Assembly (NCBI GenBank): GCA_903855705.1
Contig: CAINZT010000103.1
Location: 1,105 to 65,104 of the forward strand
Direction: 5' to 3'
Origin: an uncultured Synechococcus sp.
Lineage (GTDB): Bacteria > Cyanobacteriota > Cyanobacteriia > PCC-6307 > Cyanobiaceae
DNA length: 64,000 nt
Shown here: one piece after another, positions 55,691-64,000 of the stretch
How positions within the stretch are numbered: position 1 is the first letter of the stretch
Layout: the number at the start of each line of letters is the position of its first letter
Notes under the pieces: generated by a model
What the model saw: the letters and a program-made list of their open reading frames with translations, nothing else
The model's database searches: none
Told to the model about the DNA's origin: nothing
Position numbers and translations under genes: made by a program

Positions 55691-57381
55691 CCTCCCCCCC
55701 GCCATCGGGCCCCACCCCAGCCCCGGGAGCGGCCGCCGTTCTGGCCAGTTCTGATCCAGCCCTTGAAGGGTCTGGGTCGGCCAAGTCTGGGCCAGAGGCC
55801 AGCGAGCCGATCTGGCCCCAACCCCAACCCTTCACCGCCAATCTGCTCAAGCGCCTGAGCCGGGGCCTGGGCTCCTGGTTTGGCCTGCTGAATGAGTGGG
55901 ATTTCCGCATCGGCATTGGCAGCACCCGTTGTTTCGGGCTGGAGTTGGTCCTGGTCAACCAGCCGGACCTGGTGCGCCAGGTGCTCGTAGAAGAACCAGA
56001 GACCTTCCCTAAACATCCCTACACCCAGTGGCTCTTGGAGCCCCTGATTGGCCAGGGACTCTTTGCGGTAAATGGGGCCGAATGGCAGCGCCAACGGCGC
56101 CTGGTCGATCAGGCCCTGCAGGTCACCCAGCTGCGACGGGTGTTTCCCCTGATGGAAGGGGCGGTGCAGGCCATGGTGGAACGGTTTGAGGCCCAAGCGG
56201 CAGCCCAAAGACCGGGGCAAGGCCCAAGTCCTGACGCAAGCAAGGCCGGTGAGAGCGAGCGAGCCGAGTTCAGCTTCGATGCCCAGGAAGCAATGACCCT
56301 GGTCACGGCCGATGTGATTGTGCGCACGATCCTCTCGCGCGCCCTCGACCCCAGCGAGGCCAGGGAGATCTTTAACGCCTTTGGCCGTTACCAACGCCGG
56401 GCAGGCCTGGCGTTGGTGCTGCGCTTTCTGCGCCTGCCCAAGCCCTGGCTGAAAGGGCTGCTGCAAGCCGATGCCGCCCGGATCCGGCACTGGATCGCCG
56501 CCGCGATTGGGGAACGGCAACGCTCTAGGGCAACAGTCCAGCCCGGCTCAGGCCCAGCTGAGCCGCACCAGGACCTGCTCGACGCCCTGGAGAGGGCCGA
56601 GGACAGGCCAGAAGGCCGGACCCGGGCCAGCAACCAACCAGAACTGACTGGTGGAGATGGCGCTGAAGGACCAAGCGAACTCCAGGAAGGGGTGGACGAG
56701 GGCGGCAGTCGCTTCAGCCAGGCAGAACTCGTCGACCAGGTCTGTGTGCTGTTTCTCGCCGGCCATGAAACCTCCGCCAGCGCCCTGGCCATGGCCTGCT
56801 ATCTGCTGGCCCGCTACCCGGAGGCCCAGGCCCGCTTTGCAGCTGAAATTCAGCAGGTTCTCAGGGGGCCCTTAGCCCCCGGAGCCCCAACCAGCCCCGG
56901 CCGTGCCCTGGGCTACGACGACCTGCGCCAGCTCCCCTATGGCACAGCATTGCTTCAGGAAACCCTGCGGCTCTATCCGCCCTTGAGCTTCTTCATCCGC
57001 GAAAGCCAGGCCCCAAGCCAACTGGGCGAAAGCCGTTGCCCCATGGGGGCCTTGCTAGCGATTTCCCCCTGGGTGATCCAACGCCACGAGCAGCACTGGA
57101 ACGATCCCAACAGTTTTCGGCCGGAGCGCTTTCTAACAAACCAGGCCAGCGACGCGGAGAAACAATGGGCTCGGGACGCCTATCTGCCCTTTGGCCTGGG
57201 GCCACGCAAATGTCCCGGGGCCGCCTTTGCCCTACAGGAAGCCCTGCTGGTGCTGGCGGAGCTGGTCAGCCGCTATGAACTGCTCAGCGAACCGGGCCAG
57301 GAGCCGGAACTGGCCTGCAACCTGACCCTGCGCTCCCGTAATGGGGTGCGCCTGCGCCTGCGAAGGCGTCCAAAGGACTAA
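55687..57381 (+). CDS. cytochrome P450
   Basis: I-helix LFLAGHETSA, K-helix ETLRLYPP, and heme loop FGLGPRKCPGAAFA (Cys codon 57211-57213). The ATG overlaps the upstream stop (ATGA). Confidence 0.88.
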   Translation: MTSPPPSGPTPAPGAAAVLASSDPALEGSGSAKSGPEASEPIWPQPQPFTANLLKRLSRGLGSWFGLLNEWDFRIGIGSTRCFGLELVLVNQPDLVRQVLVEEPETFPKHPYTQWLLEPLIGQGLFAVNGAEWQRQRRLVDQALQVTQLRRVFPLMEGAVQAMVERFEAQAAAQRPGQGPSPDASKAGESERAEFSFDAQEAMTLVTADVIVRTILSRALDPSEAREIFNAFGRYQRRAGLALVLRFLRLPKPWLKGLLQADAARIRHWIAAAIGERQRSRATVQPGSGPAEPHQDLLDALERAEDRPEGRTRASNQPELTGGDGAEGPSELQEGVDEGGSRFSQAELVDQVCVLFLAGHETSASALAMACYLLARYPEAQARFAAEIQQVLRGPLAPGAPTSPGRALGYDDLRQLPYGTALLQETLRLYPPLSFFIRESQAPSQLGESRCPMGALLAISPWVIQRHEQHWNDPNSFRPERFLTNQASDAEKQWARDAYLPFGLGPRKCPGAAFALQEALLVLAELVSRYELLSEPGQEPELACNLTLRSRNGVRLRLRRRPKD

Positions 57382-57811
57382 AGAAGCCCTGAATCATCGA
57401 CATTCACCAAGCCAAGCAAAAGACTAGAAAAGGAGCCCCATCTCTCTATTTCTCGCCTGCTAAAGCTATTCAGGCTTCCAAAAATTGATGAAATTTGCTC
57501 ACAGCTCCGCCACCCCAAAGGCAGGCTTCTCCTCAGCAGAAATACAACGCTAGCGTCCAACGGCCAATCCATTAAACCTAATCCGATGGAAGCCAAATAC
57601 ACTGTTCCGCGCTGAAGAAGCAGGCTTCACTGAGATATCCAACTAATTGGCCAGGCCAAGACATTTTGGCAATATTTGCATAGGGGAGATGAATCCTACC
57701 AACAGAGTGCTAATGTTTAGCAAGATATGCGTGGCTCCACGAGAGGCCGCTCCACCCAAGATGCCCTCCCCATCTGTAAGGCCCCTCGCGGAGCGTATTG
57801 GCTTCAGTTGG

Positions 57812-59017
57812 ATGACAGCAGCGATTTTTTTGCTTCCCCTGCTGCCCCCGCTGGCCGCCCTGGCTGCGTCCCCTCCCCCTGGCGCCAAGCGCCCAGCGTT
57901 GGTGCCCCAACAACGGGCGCGGGTGACCTACGACACCTACTTGTTGGGCCCTGGGGACAGTTTGCAAATTGAACTGGAGAACATCCCCGAGCTGTCTGGG
58001 ACCTTCACGATTGGCCCCGATGGCACCCTCTATTTACCCAGGCTAAGAGCTCTGTTTGTTGAAGGTCTAAGCGTCGAGGAGCTGCGCGTTTTCCTGACCC
58101 AGCAGTTTCGAGCCTTTGTCCGCCAGCCCGAAATCTACCTGCGCCCGGTTGGCTATCGGCCGGTGCGGATTTATGTCGGTGGGGAGGTGCGTCGCCCGGG
58201 CTACTACACCTTGAGTGGTAGTCAGCAACTGGGCGGGGTCTCCAGTAGCGCTGATAATGCGATTCGAGAGAGTGGCGGTGACCAGATGGCTAGCCGCCCC
58301 GGTCTTAGCAGTGGCCAGGGTCTGGACTCAGGCAGCCGCGCCAGCAGCAGCGTCCCGGGCGCCGGCGGGGGGGGATCGGGTGGTCTCACAACCTATGGCG
58401 CCTTTTTCCCGACCGTTTTTGATGCCATTCGGGCAGCGCAAGGAATTACGCCCTACTCCAACCTTTCCTCAGTTCAAGTCACCCGCAAACTTCCACTCAG
58501 TAGCGGTGGGGGCAAAATAAGGACGTCCCTCAACTTTCTATCCCTAATTACCGAGGGCGACGAAAGCCAGAACATTCGTCTATTTGATGGCGACGTGGTC
58601 AGTATCTCCAAATCCCCCATCGTGTTGCGAGAGCAGCTCCTCAAGGCCGGTCAAACCAACCTGAGCCCCCAATTCATCACGGTCTACGTGAGTGGAAGGG
58701 TCAAGCTGCCCGGGGCAACTACATTGCCCCAGGGAGCCAGCCTTAATCAAGCCTTGATAAGCGCCGGTGGCCAACAGCTTCTCCATGGAAAAATTGAATT
58801 CGTGCGCTTTACCCGAGAAGGGGAACTCGATCGACGGGTCTTCAATTACAACGCAAATTCGGCATCAGATTCGGCAACCAATCCGATTTTGGTGAGTGGT
58901 GACATCATACGGGTTCAAGAATCAGCCTTTTCTGCTGGAGTTGGCATTCTCAACGAACTAACCGGCCCATTTGTCGGTATTTACTCCGTCTACAGCCTCT
59001 TTAGAGGTACTCGCTAA
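57812..59017 (+). CDS. Wza-like polysaccharide export protein (Poly_export + SLBB)
   Basis: Signal peptide from ATG 57812 (MTAAIFLLPLLPPLAALAAS), Poly_export signature YLLGPGDSLQIEL...GPDGTLYLPRL, and SLBB-like repeats (VYVSGRVKLPGATTLPQGASLNQALISAGG). Confidence 0.8.
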   Translation: MTAAIFLLPLLPPLAALAASPPPGAKRPALVPQQRARVTYDTYLLGPGDSLQIELENIPELSGTFTIGPDGTLYLPRLRALFVEGLSVEELRVFLTQQFRAFVRQPEIYLRPVGYRPVRIYVGGEVRRPGYYTLSGSQQLGGVSSSADNAIRESGGDQMASRPGLSSGQGLDSGSRASSSVPGAGGGGSGGLTTYGAFFPTVFDAIRAAQGITPYSNLSSVQVTRKLPLSSGGGKIRTSLNFLSLITEGDESQNIRLFDGDVVSISKSPIVLREQLLKAGQTNLSPQFITVYVSGRVKLPGATTLPQGASLNQALISAGGQQLLHGKIEFVRFTREGELDRRVFNYNANSASDSATNPILVSGDIIRVQESAFSAGVGILNELTGPFVGIYSVYSLFRGTR

Positions 59018-60733
59018 GTGATGAACCCATCCCTACAACCTCCCAGCCAGCCCATGCCAGCTGATGACGAAATTGACCTTGGCCAGCTAGCGGCAAGCCT
59101 GGGTCGTCGTCGCCGGCTGATCGCTGTTGTCACCGGTGGAACGGTCGTCCTCACCGGCTTACTCACGCTCCTACAGAAGCCCGTTTGGGAAGGGGAATTC
59201 CAAATTGTGTTGGCTAGTCAGGATAAGGGAGGCGGTCGCCTCGCCCAGCTTGCCGCCGCCAATCCGATGCTGGCAGGGGTTGCAATGCTTGGCACTGGCG
59301 GAGGCAGGGATAGCCTGGAAACGGAAGTCAAAATCCTGGAAAGTCCTTCCGTGCTAATGCCGGTCTTTGACTTTGTGCGTAGCTCGAAGATTGCAGCCGG
59401 GGAAGACATCAATCGGCTTCGTTATGATGCCTGGATCAAGAACAATCTTGATATCAAGCTCGAGAAAGGCACGTCCATTCTCAACATTTCCTACCGAGAT
59501 AATGACAAGCGCCTAATCCTACCCGTCATCGAAAAAATTTCCAAGACCTATCAGGATTACTCGGGCAGGGACCGACGCAGAGATATTTCCCAAGCCGTAG
59601 CCTATTTAAAAGGTCGCATTGCCAAAATTAGCCCAGAAGCTGATGCTTCCATGCGTCATGCCCAAGCCTTTGCCCTCTCCAATGGCCTGGGTATCCAAGA
59701 TGGCATTCCCACGGTTGCCAGCTCGGGGATGGAGGTGGGAGGGTCATCAGGAGCGAGTTCGGGATCCGTTGAGACGAATCGACTGACGGCCCAGGCCCAG
59801 GTGATTACCCTGCGCCAACAAATACGCAATGCGCAAGCCGCTGGCGCCGAAGTGCTCTTCCAGGCTCCCCAGCTAGAGGCCAATAAGGATCTCTACAAGC
59901 AGTATCAAAGTCTGGAGTCAAACCTGGCCGAACGACGCAGCCGCCTCAGGGAAAAAGATCCAATCATTGTGGGGCTGCTGCGTCAAAAAAGCGCCTTGAT
60001 CAATACCCTGAATCGGGAAACAATCTCCCTGCTGCAGGGCCAATTAGCATCCGCAAATGCTCGGCTTCAAGCCGCATCTCGTCCCAAAGAAGTGGTGCTA
60101 CAGCATCGCCAATTGGTGCGCCAGGCCCTGCGGGATGAGAAAACCTTGATCGAACTCGAAAACCAAATGCAGTTGGCTTCCTTAGAGCAAGCCAAGCAGA
60201 CCGATCCCTGGGAACTCATTTCAAACCCCACCCTGCTTGATCGCCCGGTAGCCCCTAAGAAAGGTCGCAACCTGGCCTTGGGGTTGTTGGCCGGTTTGGT
60301 GCTGGGAAGCGGGGCTGCCCTGGTGGCGGAACGGCGTACCGGTCGGATCCATGGCTCCGATGAACTGGCGTCCCTCTTGCCCGGTCCCCTTCTGGCCGTA
60401 CTCGAGGCGGATCAGCCAGCCGCTTGGAGCCAGCCGCTGCAATTGCTCAGTAGTGGACCCCTCGCTGGCGCCAGCACCCTTGCCCTGGTGTCGATCGGCT
60501 TGACCGCGGACGTTGCCGAGCCGATTGCCCAGGCCCTCCAGGCGGCGTCGGGTCGGCCCGTGCTCTGCAGCAGTGATCTGGTGGCGACCCGTAGTTGTGA
60601 TGCCCAGGTGCTTCTGACCAGCCCCGGAGCCGCTGAACGGGACCAGTTGCAACGGCTGCGGCGGGATTTGGAGCTGCAGGGCAGCCCTGTGGTCGGCTGG
60701 CTGCTGCTGAGCGCCCCCCGGCCCCATGGCTGA
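59018..60733 (+). CDS. Wzz/GumC-type chain-length-determinant (PCP) protein without recognisable kinase P-loop
   Basis: N-terminal Wzz segment (DDEIDLGQLAASLGRRRRLIAVVTGGTVVLTGLLTLL...FQIVL), a long coiled-coil, a second TM (LALGLLAGLVLGSGAALV), and a C-terminal domain lacking GxxGxGKS/T. Starts at GTG 59018 or ATG 59021, directly after the wza-like stop. Confidence 0.75.
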   Translation: MMNPSLQPPSQPMPADDEIDLGQLAASLGRRRRLIAVVTGGTVVLTGLLTLLQKPVWEGEFQIVLASQDKGGGRLAQLAAANPMLAGVAMLGTGGGRDSLETEVKILESPSVLMPVFDFVRSSKIAAGEDINRLRYDAWIKNNLDIKLEKGTSILNISYRDNDKRLILPVIEKISKTYQDYSGRDRRRDISQAVAYLKGRIAKISPEADASMRHAQAFALSNGLGIQDGIPTVASSGMEVGGSSGASSGSVETNRLTAQAQVITLRQQIRNAQAAGAEVLFQAPQLEANKDLYKQYQSLESNLAERRSRLREKDPIIVGLLRQKSALINTLNRETISLLQGQLASANARLQAASRPKEVVLQHRQLVRQALRDEKTLIELENQMQLASLEQAKQTDPWELISNPTLLDRPVAPKKGRNLALGLLAGLVLGSGAALVAERRTGRIHGSDELASLLPGPLLAVLEADQPAAWSQPLQLLSSGPLAGASTLALVSIGLTADVAEPIAQALQAASGRPVLCSSDLVATRSCDAQVLLTSPGAAERDQLQRLRRDLELQGSPVVGWLLLSAPRPHG

Positions 60734-62804
60734 GCCCTTTCCCTTGGGATCCCGGCGCTGGGCCTCGGCCCTTGTCGTGGCGACGGTGGCCCTTCAACCG
60801 GTCCAGGCCCAGCCCAGTTGGCAAGGCGTTTCGCCGCAAAAACCCTCTGGCGGTCAGAGCGCCGCGGGCCTGCCCCAGTGGCAACGGATCCCCCCTGCCG
60901 ATCCAATCGCCGGGGGCCGGTCCACCCCTGGGGGCAAGCAGGGAGCACCGATCTGGCAGCCCCTGCCTGGGGCCGCAGGCCCTTCCCCCCAGCTGGTTTG
61001 GGAGCCCGTAGCTCCAGTAGCAGCAGAGTCCAAACCAGGGATCGGAAGCCCTGGGGCCAAGCCTGGAAGTCCCCTGCCCCAGAGCTGGACCCGAACGAGC
61101 TCAGCAGATCCGCTTTCAGACGGAGCGGCACGCCAGGCCAAACCCGTGGCCGCGCCCCCCACCAGCCCGGCGGAAGCCCAGGCCCTGCTGGATGGGCTCA
61201 AGCCCACAGCCGCCGATTACACCCCCCAACTCCGCCTGGGTGAGGCCGTGCCCACGGCCCAGCAACTCTCCGACCAACAAAGTCAGCTGTCCTTCTTCCA
61301 GTTGGCCCCTTTTGGCGGCGCTAAGCAGGGCAGTGGCGGCGGCACCGGCAACCAGAATTATGCCGCCAGGCTGGATGCGGGCTTAACGGATCAGGTTCAG
61401 ATTTCGGCGTTTTATAGCGTTGCTGATGATCCGCTCTACGCGCCGATCACGGGCAAGATCATTCAGCCCGCCAATTTCTGGGAGAGCTATGGCGGGGCCT
61501 TGCAATGGCGTCTGCTCGGTTCGAGCAACACCCCATGGAAGCTAGCCATCGCAGGCTCGCTGGAGGGATGGACGGTGGGCAGCGGTGGCTGCGATTCCTT
61601 CTCCTGTAAAGGCCAGAACAATGCCAGTCCCAATATTTTCAACAACTCTGGCAGCCGGGTACAAACCACCAACCTGGTAGGTTCCCTGTCCCTACCGATG
61701 ACCTGGCAGGCCCTACCGAGCTTGGCGCTCAGCGTTACGCCGGGAGTGAGCTTTTTGCCCGGTAGCCAGGGCGAAGGACAAGGCGGCAGTGGACCCTTCT
61801 ATGGCACGAACGTGAATGTGGCTGCCGGTGCCAGTTGGCGACCGATCCCCAGCCTGACCCTATTCGGCTCGGGGTTAATGCCCCTGGGACCTGGCAACAA
61901 CAGTTTTAACGGCAATTTGGTTTTCGCCAGGGTTCCGATTCTCACGGCGGGCGTCAATTGGGCCCTGAACCCCCGCATTGCCTTAGAAGGCCAACTCACC
62001 AACGGCTGGGGTGCCACCCCTGCCACCGCCCTGCTCGCCCTGCCTTCCGACAATCGCCTGGGCTATTCGGGGCGCTTTGTGTTTACCCCTGGAGCGCTTG
62101 ACACGCCCCAGCCCGCCATGACCACGCGCCAACGGTCCCTTGCCCTGGGGGGGCTCACGGTGAATACGGCCTTAGTGCCGGCCCGGGGCACCACGGAGCT
62201 CTGGGCGAATGGCGATAGCCAGGGAGATGGCTTTGGCTACATCGGCTATTCGCTCTCCAATCTTTTCCAGCTAGATGTGTATAAGGGTGGTGCCTTCAAT
62301 AATGTGCGACCGCTGAACGCTCTTTCAACAACCTATGCCAGCGACGGTGGCTGGAACTATCGCTATGGCGGCAAGGCGATTGCCATGAGCCAACTGAGGG
62401 GGGCTCCCTTTTCGCTCGGCGGTCGCATCAGCCTAGGTCGCAATACGGACCCAGCCAGCTACCAGGGCTATATGTTTGTCGAATCCGTTTCCACCTGGGA
62501 GGCCAATTCCTGGCTAGCCCTCAATTTCAACCCCAAACTGGCCTGGAGCGGCGTTAGCACCCCCTGGGGGGTGGGCCTGGGTGCCAATATCCAATTGGGG
62601 CCCCACTTCCAGCTGATCCCAGAAGTGAATGTGGTGGGATCTCAGATCAGTGCCACCAACGGGACCCTGGCCCTGCGCTGGCTGGCCACAAGCAGCACCA
62701 ATTTGGAATTTTATGTCAGCAATGCAGCCGGCCTGTTTGACATGGGCCAACTCCTGGACAACACCAACGTGCGGGTGGGTGGCCGCTTGCTATTTAGTTT
62801 TTAG
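60726..62804 (+). CDS. putative outer-membrane beta-barrel protein
   Basis: Overlaps the upstream stop by 8 nt. It has a signal peptide (ALVVATVALQPVQAQ), a Pro/Gly-rich ~130-aa region, then alternating beta-strand-like sequence rich in G/S/N/Y, ending in ...VGGRLLFSF (C-terminal Phe). Confidence 0.55.
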   Translation: MAEPFPLGSRRWASALVVATVALQPVQAQPSWQGVSPQKPSGGQSAAGLPQWQRIPPADPIAGGRSTPGGKQGAPIWQPLPGAAGPSPQLVWEPVAPVAAESKPGIGSPGAKPGSPLPQSWTRTSSADPLSDGAARQAKPVAAPPTSPAEAQALLDGLKPTAADYTPQLRLGEAVPTAQQLSDQQSQLSFFQLAPFGGAKQGSGGGTGNQNYAARLDAGLTDQVQISAFYSVADDPLYAPITGKIIQPANFWESYGGALQWRLLGSSNTPWKLAIAGSLEGWTVGSGGCDSFSCKGQNNASPNIFNNSGSRVQTTNLVGSLSLPMTWQALPSLALSVTPGVSFLPGSQGEGQGGSGPFYGTNVNVAAGASWRPIPSLTLFGSGLMPLGPGNNSFNGNLVFARVPILTAGVNWALNPRIALEGQLTNGWGATPATALLALPSDNRLGYSGRFVFTPGALDTPQPAMTTRQRSLALGGLTVNTALVPARGTTELWANGDSQGDGFGYIGYSLSNLFQLDVYKGGAFNNVRPLNALSTTYASDGGWNYRYGGKAIAMSQLRGAPFSLGGRISLGRNTDPASYQGYMFVESVSTWEANSWLALNFNPKLAWSGVSTPWGVGLGANIQLGPHFQLIPEVNVVGSQISATNGTLALRWLATSSTNLEFYVSNAAGLFDMGQLLDNTNVRVGGRLLFSF

Positions 62805-63362
62805 GTCGGCATTTCCAAGCAGCACTGGGCAACGGCCCCGGAAATCAGAAAGCCTGTCAATGCCCCACTCATGGACAACGCGACTAGGAGCATCATTGCA
62901 GCTAACAACCAGGTTCTTACTCGAACTATTACTAGCTGTGCGCCAACCCAAATGGGCATCAAGTCACTAGATAGCCAAATCGCGAAGAACAACGCTCGAC
63001 CAGAATGGAGCAGGATTTAATTTAACTTTTTTTTGCACAATCCACTTGCTTCACCGCACGCGTCCGTCCGTCTCGCGACGCTATCGACACAAAGACGACA
63101 AGCCAAGCAGACAGATACCATTCGATCTATCCCCTAATTGCGCAAGTTTACTCCACAGTCATTCAAAGATGGCCTTTCCGCGCTCACCAGTCACCACCGA
63201 AAAGCCATGGCCTTGAGCCACCTCAAAGCACTACACCCCCTAGCATAAACGACTATTAACCGAAGCATAATATCGAGACTGACTGCCCAATCTAGAATTG
63301 GGCACCAACCCAGGCCCTGGCATGGATCAAGCACAATTGGTTCAACAGATGGTGCCCCATCC

Positions 63363-64000
63363 ATGATTGAAGACACAAAAGCGGATCTGTTTCGGCTGCG
63401 GCGAAGGCCTCTGACCGAAAAGCTCACCGATCAGTCCTTCCGACTGCTGGCCATCATCCTGGCGTCCCTAGTGGGTTTGATCCTGGCGGCGATCTTGATC
63501 ACGGTCTTAGTGGGATCCCGTTCCGCCATGTCGGCCTATGGACTTGGCTTCCTGACAACCTCTAACTGGAATCCAGTTACGAATGAATATGGGGCCTTTA
63601 CGGCGATCTACGGTACCGTTGTTACCTCCACTCTCTCCTTATTGATTGCCGTGCCCCTTGGCGTAGGCACAGCAATCTTTTTAACGGAAAACTTTATTCC
63701 AACCAAAGGCCGCCAAATCATTGGCATGATGGTTGAGCTTCTCGCTGCTATTCCATCTGTGGTGTTGGGATTGTGGGCGATTTTCGTGATGGAGCCGTTC
63801 CTCAGGCCGCTTCTTAACTCCCTGCATGACACCCTCGGTTGGCTCCCCTTCTTCTCGACCCAGCCGGAAGGTCCTGGCATGGCGCCAGCGATCCTGATCT
63901 TGGTTGTCATGATTTTGCCAATCATTACGGCCATCGCCAGGGATTCCTTGCTCCAAGTGCCCATTGAATTACGCCAGGCAGCCTATGGAATTGGCACCAC
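63363..64000 (+). CDS. pstC: phosphate ABC transporter permease PstC, 3'-truncated by window edge
   Basis: This open frame from ATG 63363 to the window end is absent from the ORF track because it has no stop. ...GLGFLTTSNWNPVTNEYGAFTAIYGTVVTSTLSLLIAVPLGVGTAIFLTE...ELLAAIPSVVLGLWA...ILPIITAIARDSL...AAYGIG aligns by eye with E. coli PstC. Confidence 0.88.
   Translation, partial: MIEDTKADLFRLRRRPLTEKLTDQSFRLLAIILASLVGLILAAILITVLVGSRSAMSAYGLGFLTTSNWNPVTNEYGAFTAIYGTVVTSTLSLLIAVPLGVGTAIFLTENFIPTKGRQIIGMMVELLAAIPSVVLGLWAIFVMEPFLRPLLNSLHDTLGWLPFFSTQPEGPGMAPAILILVVMILPIITAIARDSLLQVPIELRQAAYGIGT

Noticed and set aside
55627-56520. 297-aa minus-strand ORF antisense to the P450
   Set aside because: The P450 I-helix, ExxR and Cys-loop motifs fix the sense frame.
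60412-61131. 239-aa minus-strand ORF spanning the Wzz/OMP junction
   Set aside because: It is antisense to two coupled genes and its translation is low-complexity.
1-64000. Search for CRISPR arrays, IS/transposase genes, integrases, rRNA, and toxin-antitoxin or known defence systems
   Set aside because: No spaced direct-repeat array, no DDE/tyrosine-recombinase-like ORF, no rRNA signature and no recognisable defence-gene motifs were seen on either strand. The SF2 helicase at 30847-32316 stands alone with no nuclease or methylase partner.

Overview
High-GC (about 60-78% in hand-counted coding lines) cyanobacterial chromosome segment. It looks like a Synechococcus/Cyanobium-type picocyanobacterium; that is an inference from gene content (NTRC, pntAA-pntAB-pntB, DUF2811-like protein) and composition. 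The first ~41 kb is mostly core housekeeping: a P1B-type ATPase module, polA, a Na+/H+ antiporter, gltX, tRNA-Asp, tRNA-Trp, rplS, map, SPFH/NfeD, an Hsp20, a GH13 alpha-amylase, an ABC-2 transporter, infA, NTRC, an SF2 helicase, the pnt transhydrogenase operon, dxr and cysS. From ~41.6 to 62.8 kb there is an accessory lipid/glycolipid-type island. It carries an MFS transporter, a GT28 (MGDG-synthase-like) glycosyltransferase and a 2607-aa single-module type I PKS (KS-AT-DH-ER-KR-ACP-thioester reductase) whose AT domain appears catalytically dead. These are followed by a translationally coupled membrane GT2, an SRPBCC lipid-binding protein, a membrane alpha/beta-hydrolase, a cytochrome P450, and a lower-GC Wza/Wzz/beta-barrel export module. 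The window ends in a 3'-truncated pstC. I saw no rRNA, CRISPR array or recognisable IS/transposase. Other points worth a second look are a catalytically dead P-type ATPase paralogue in tandem with a canonical pump, an Hsp20 gene cut by an in-frame TAG with homology continuing past it, several unannotated small ORFs and hairpins, and long noncoding spacers. Most long antisense or alternative-frame ORFs in the track are high-GC artefacts. All family assignments come from motif reading by eye, with no database search.
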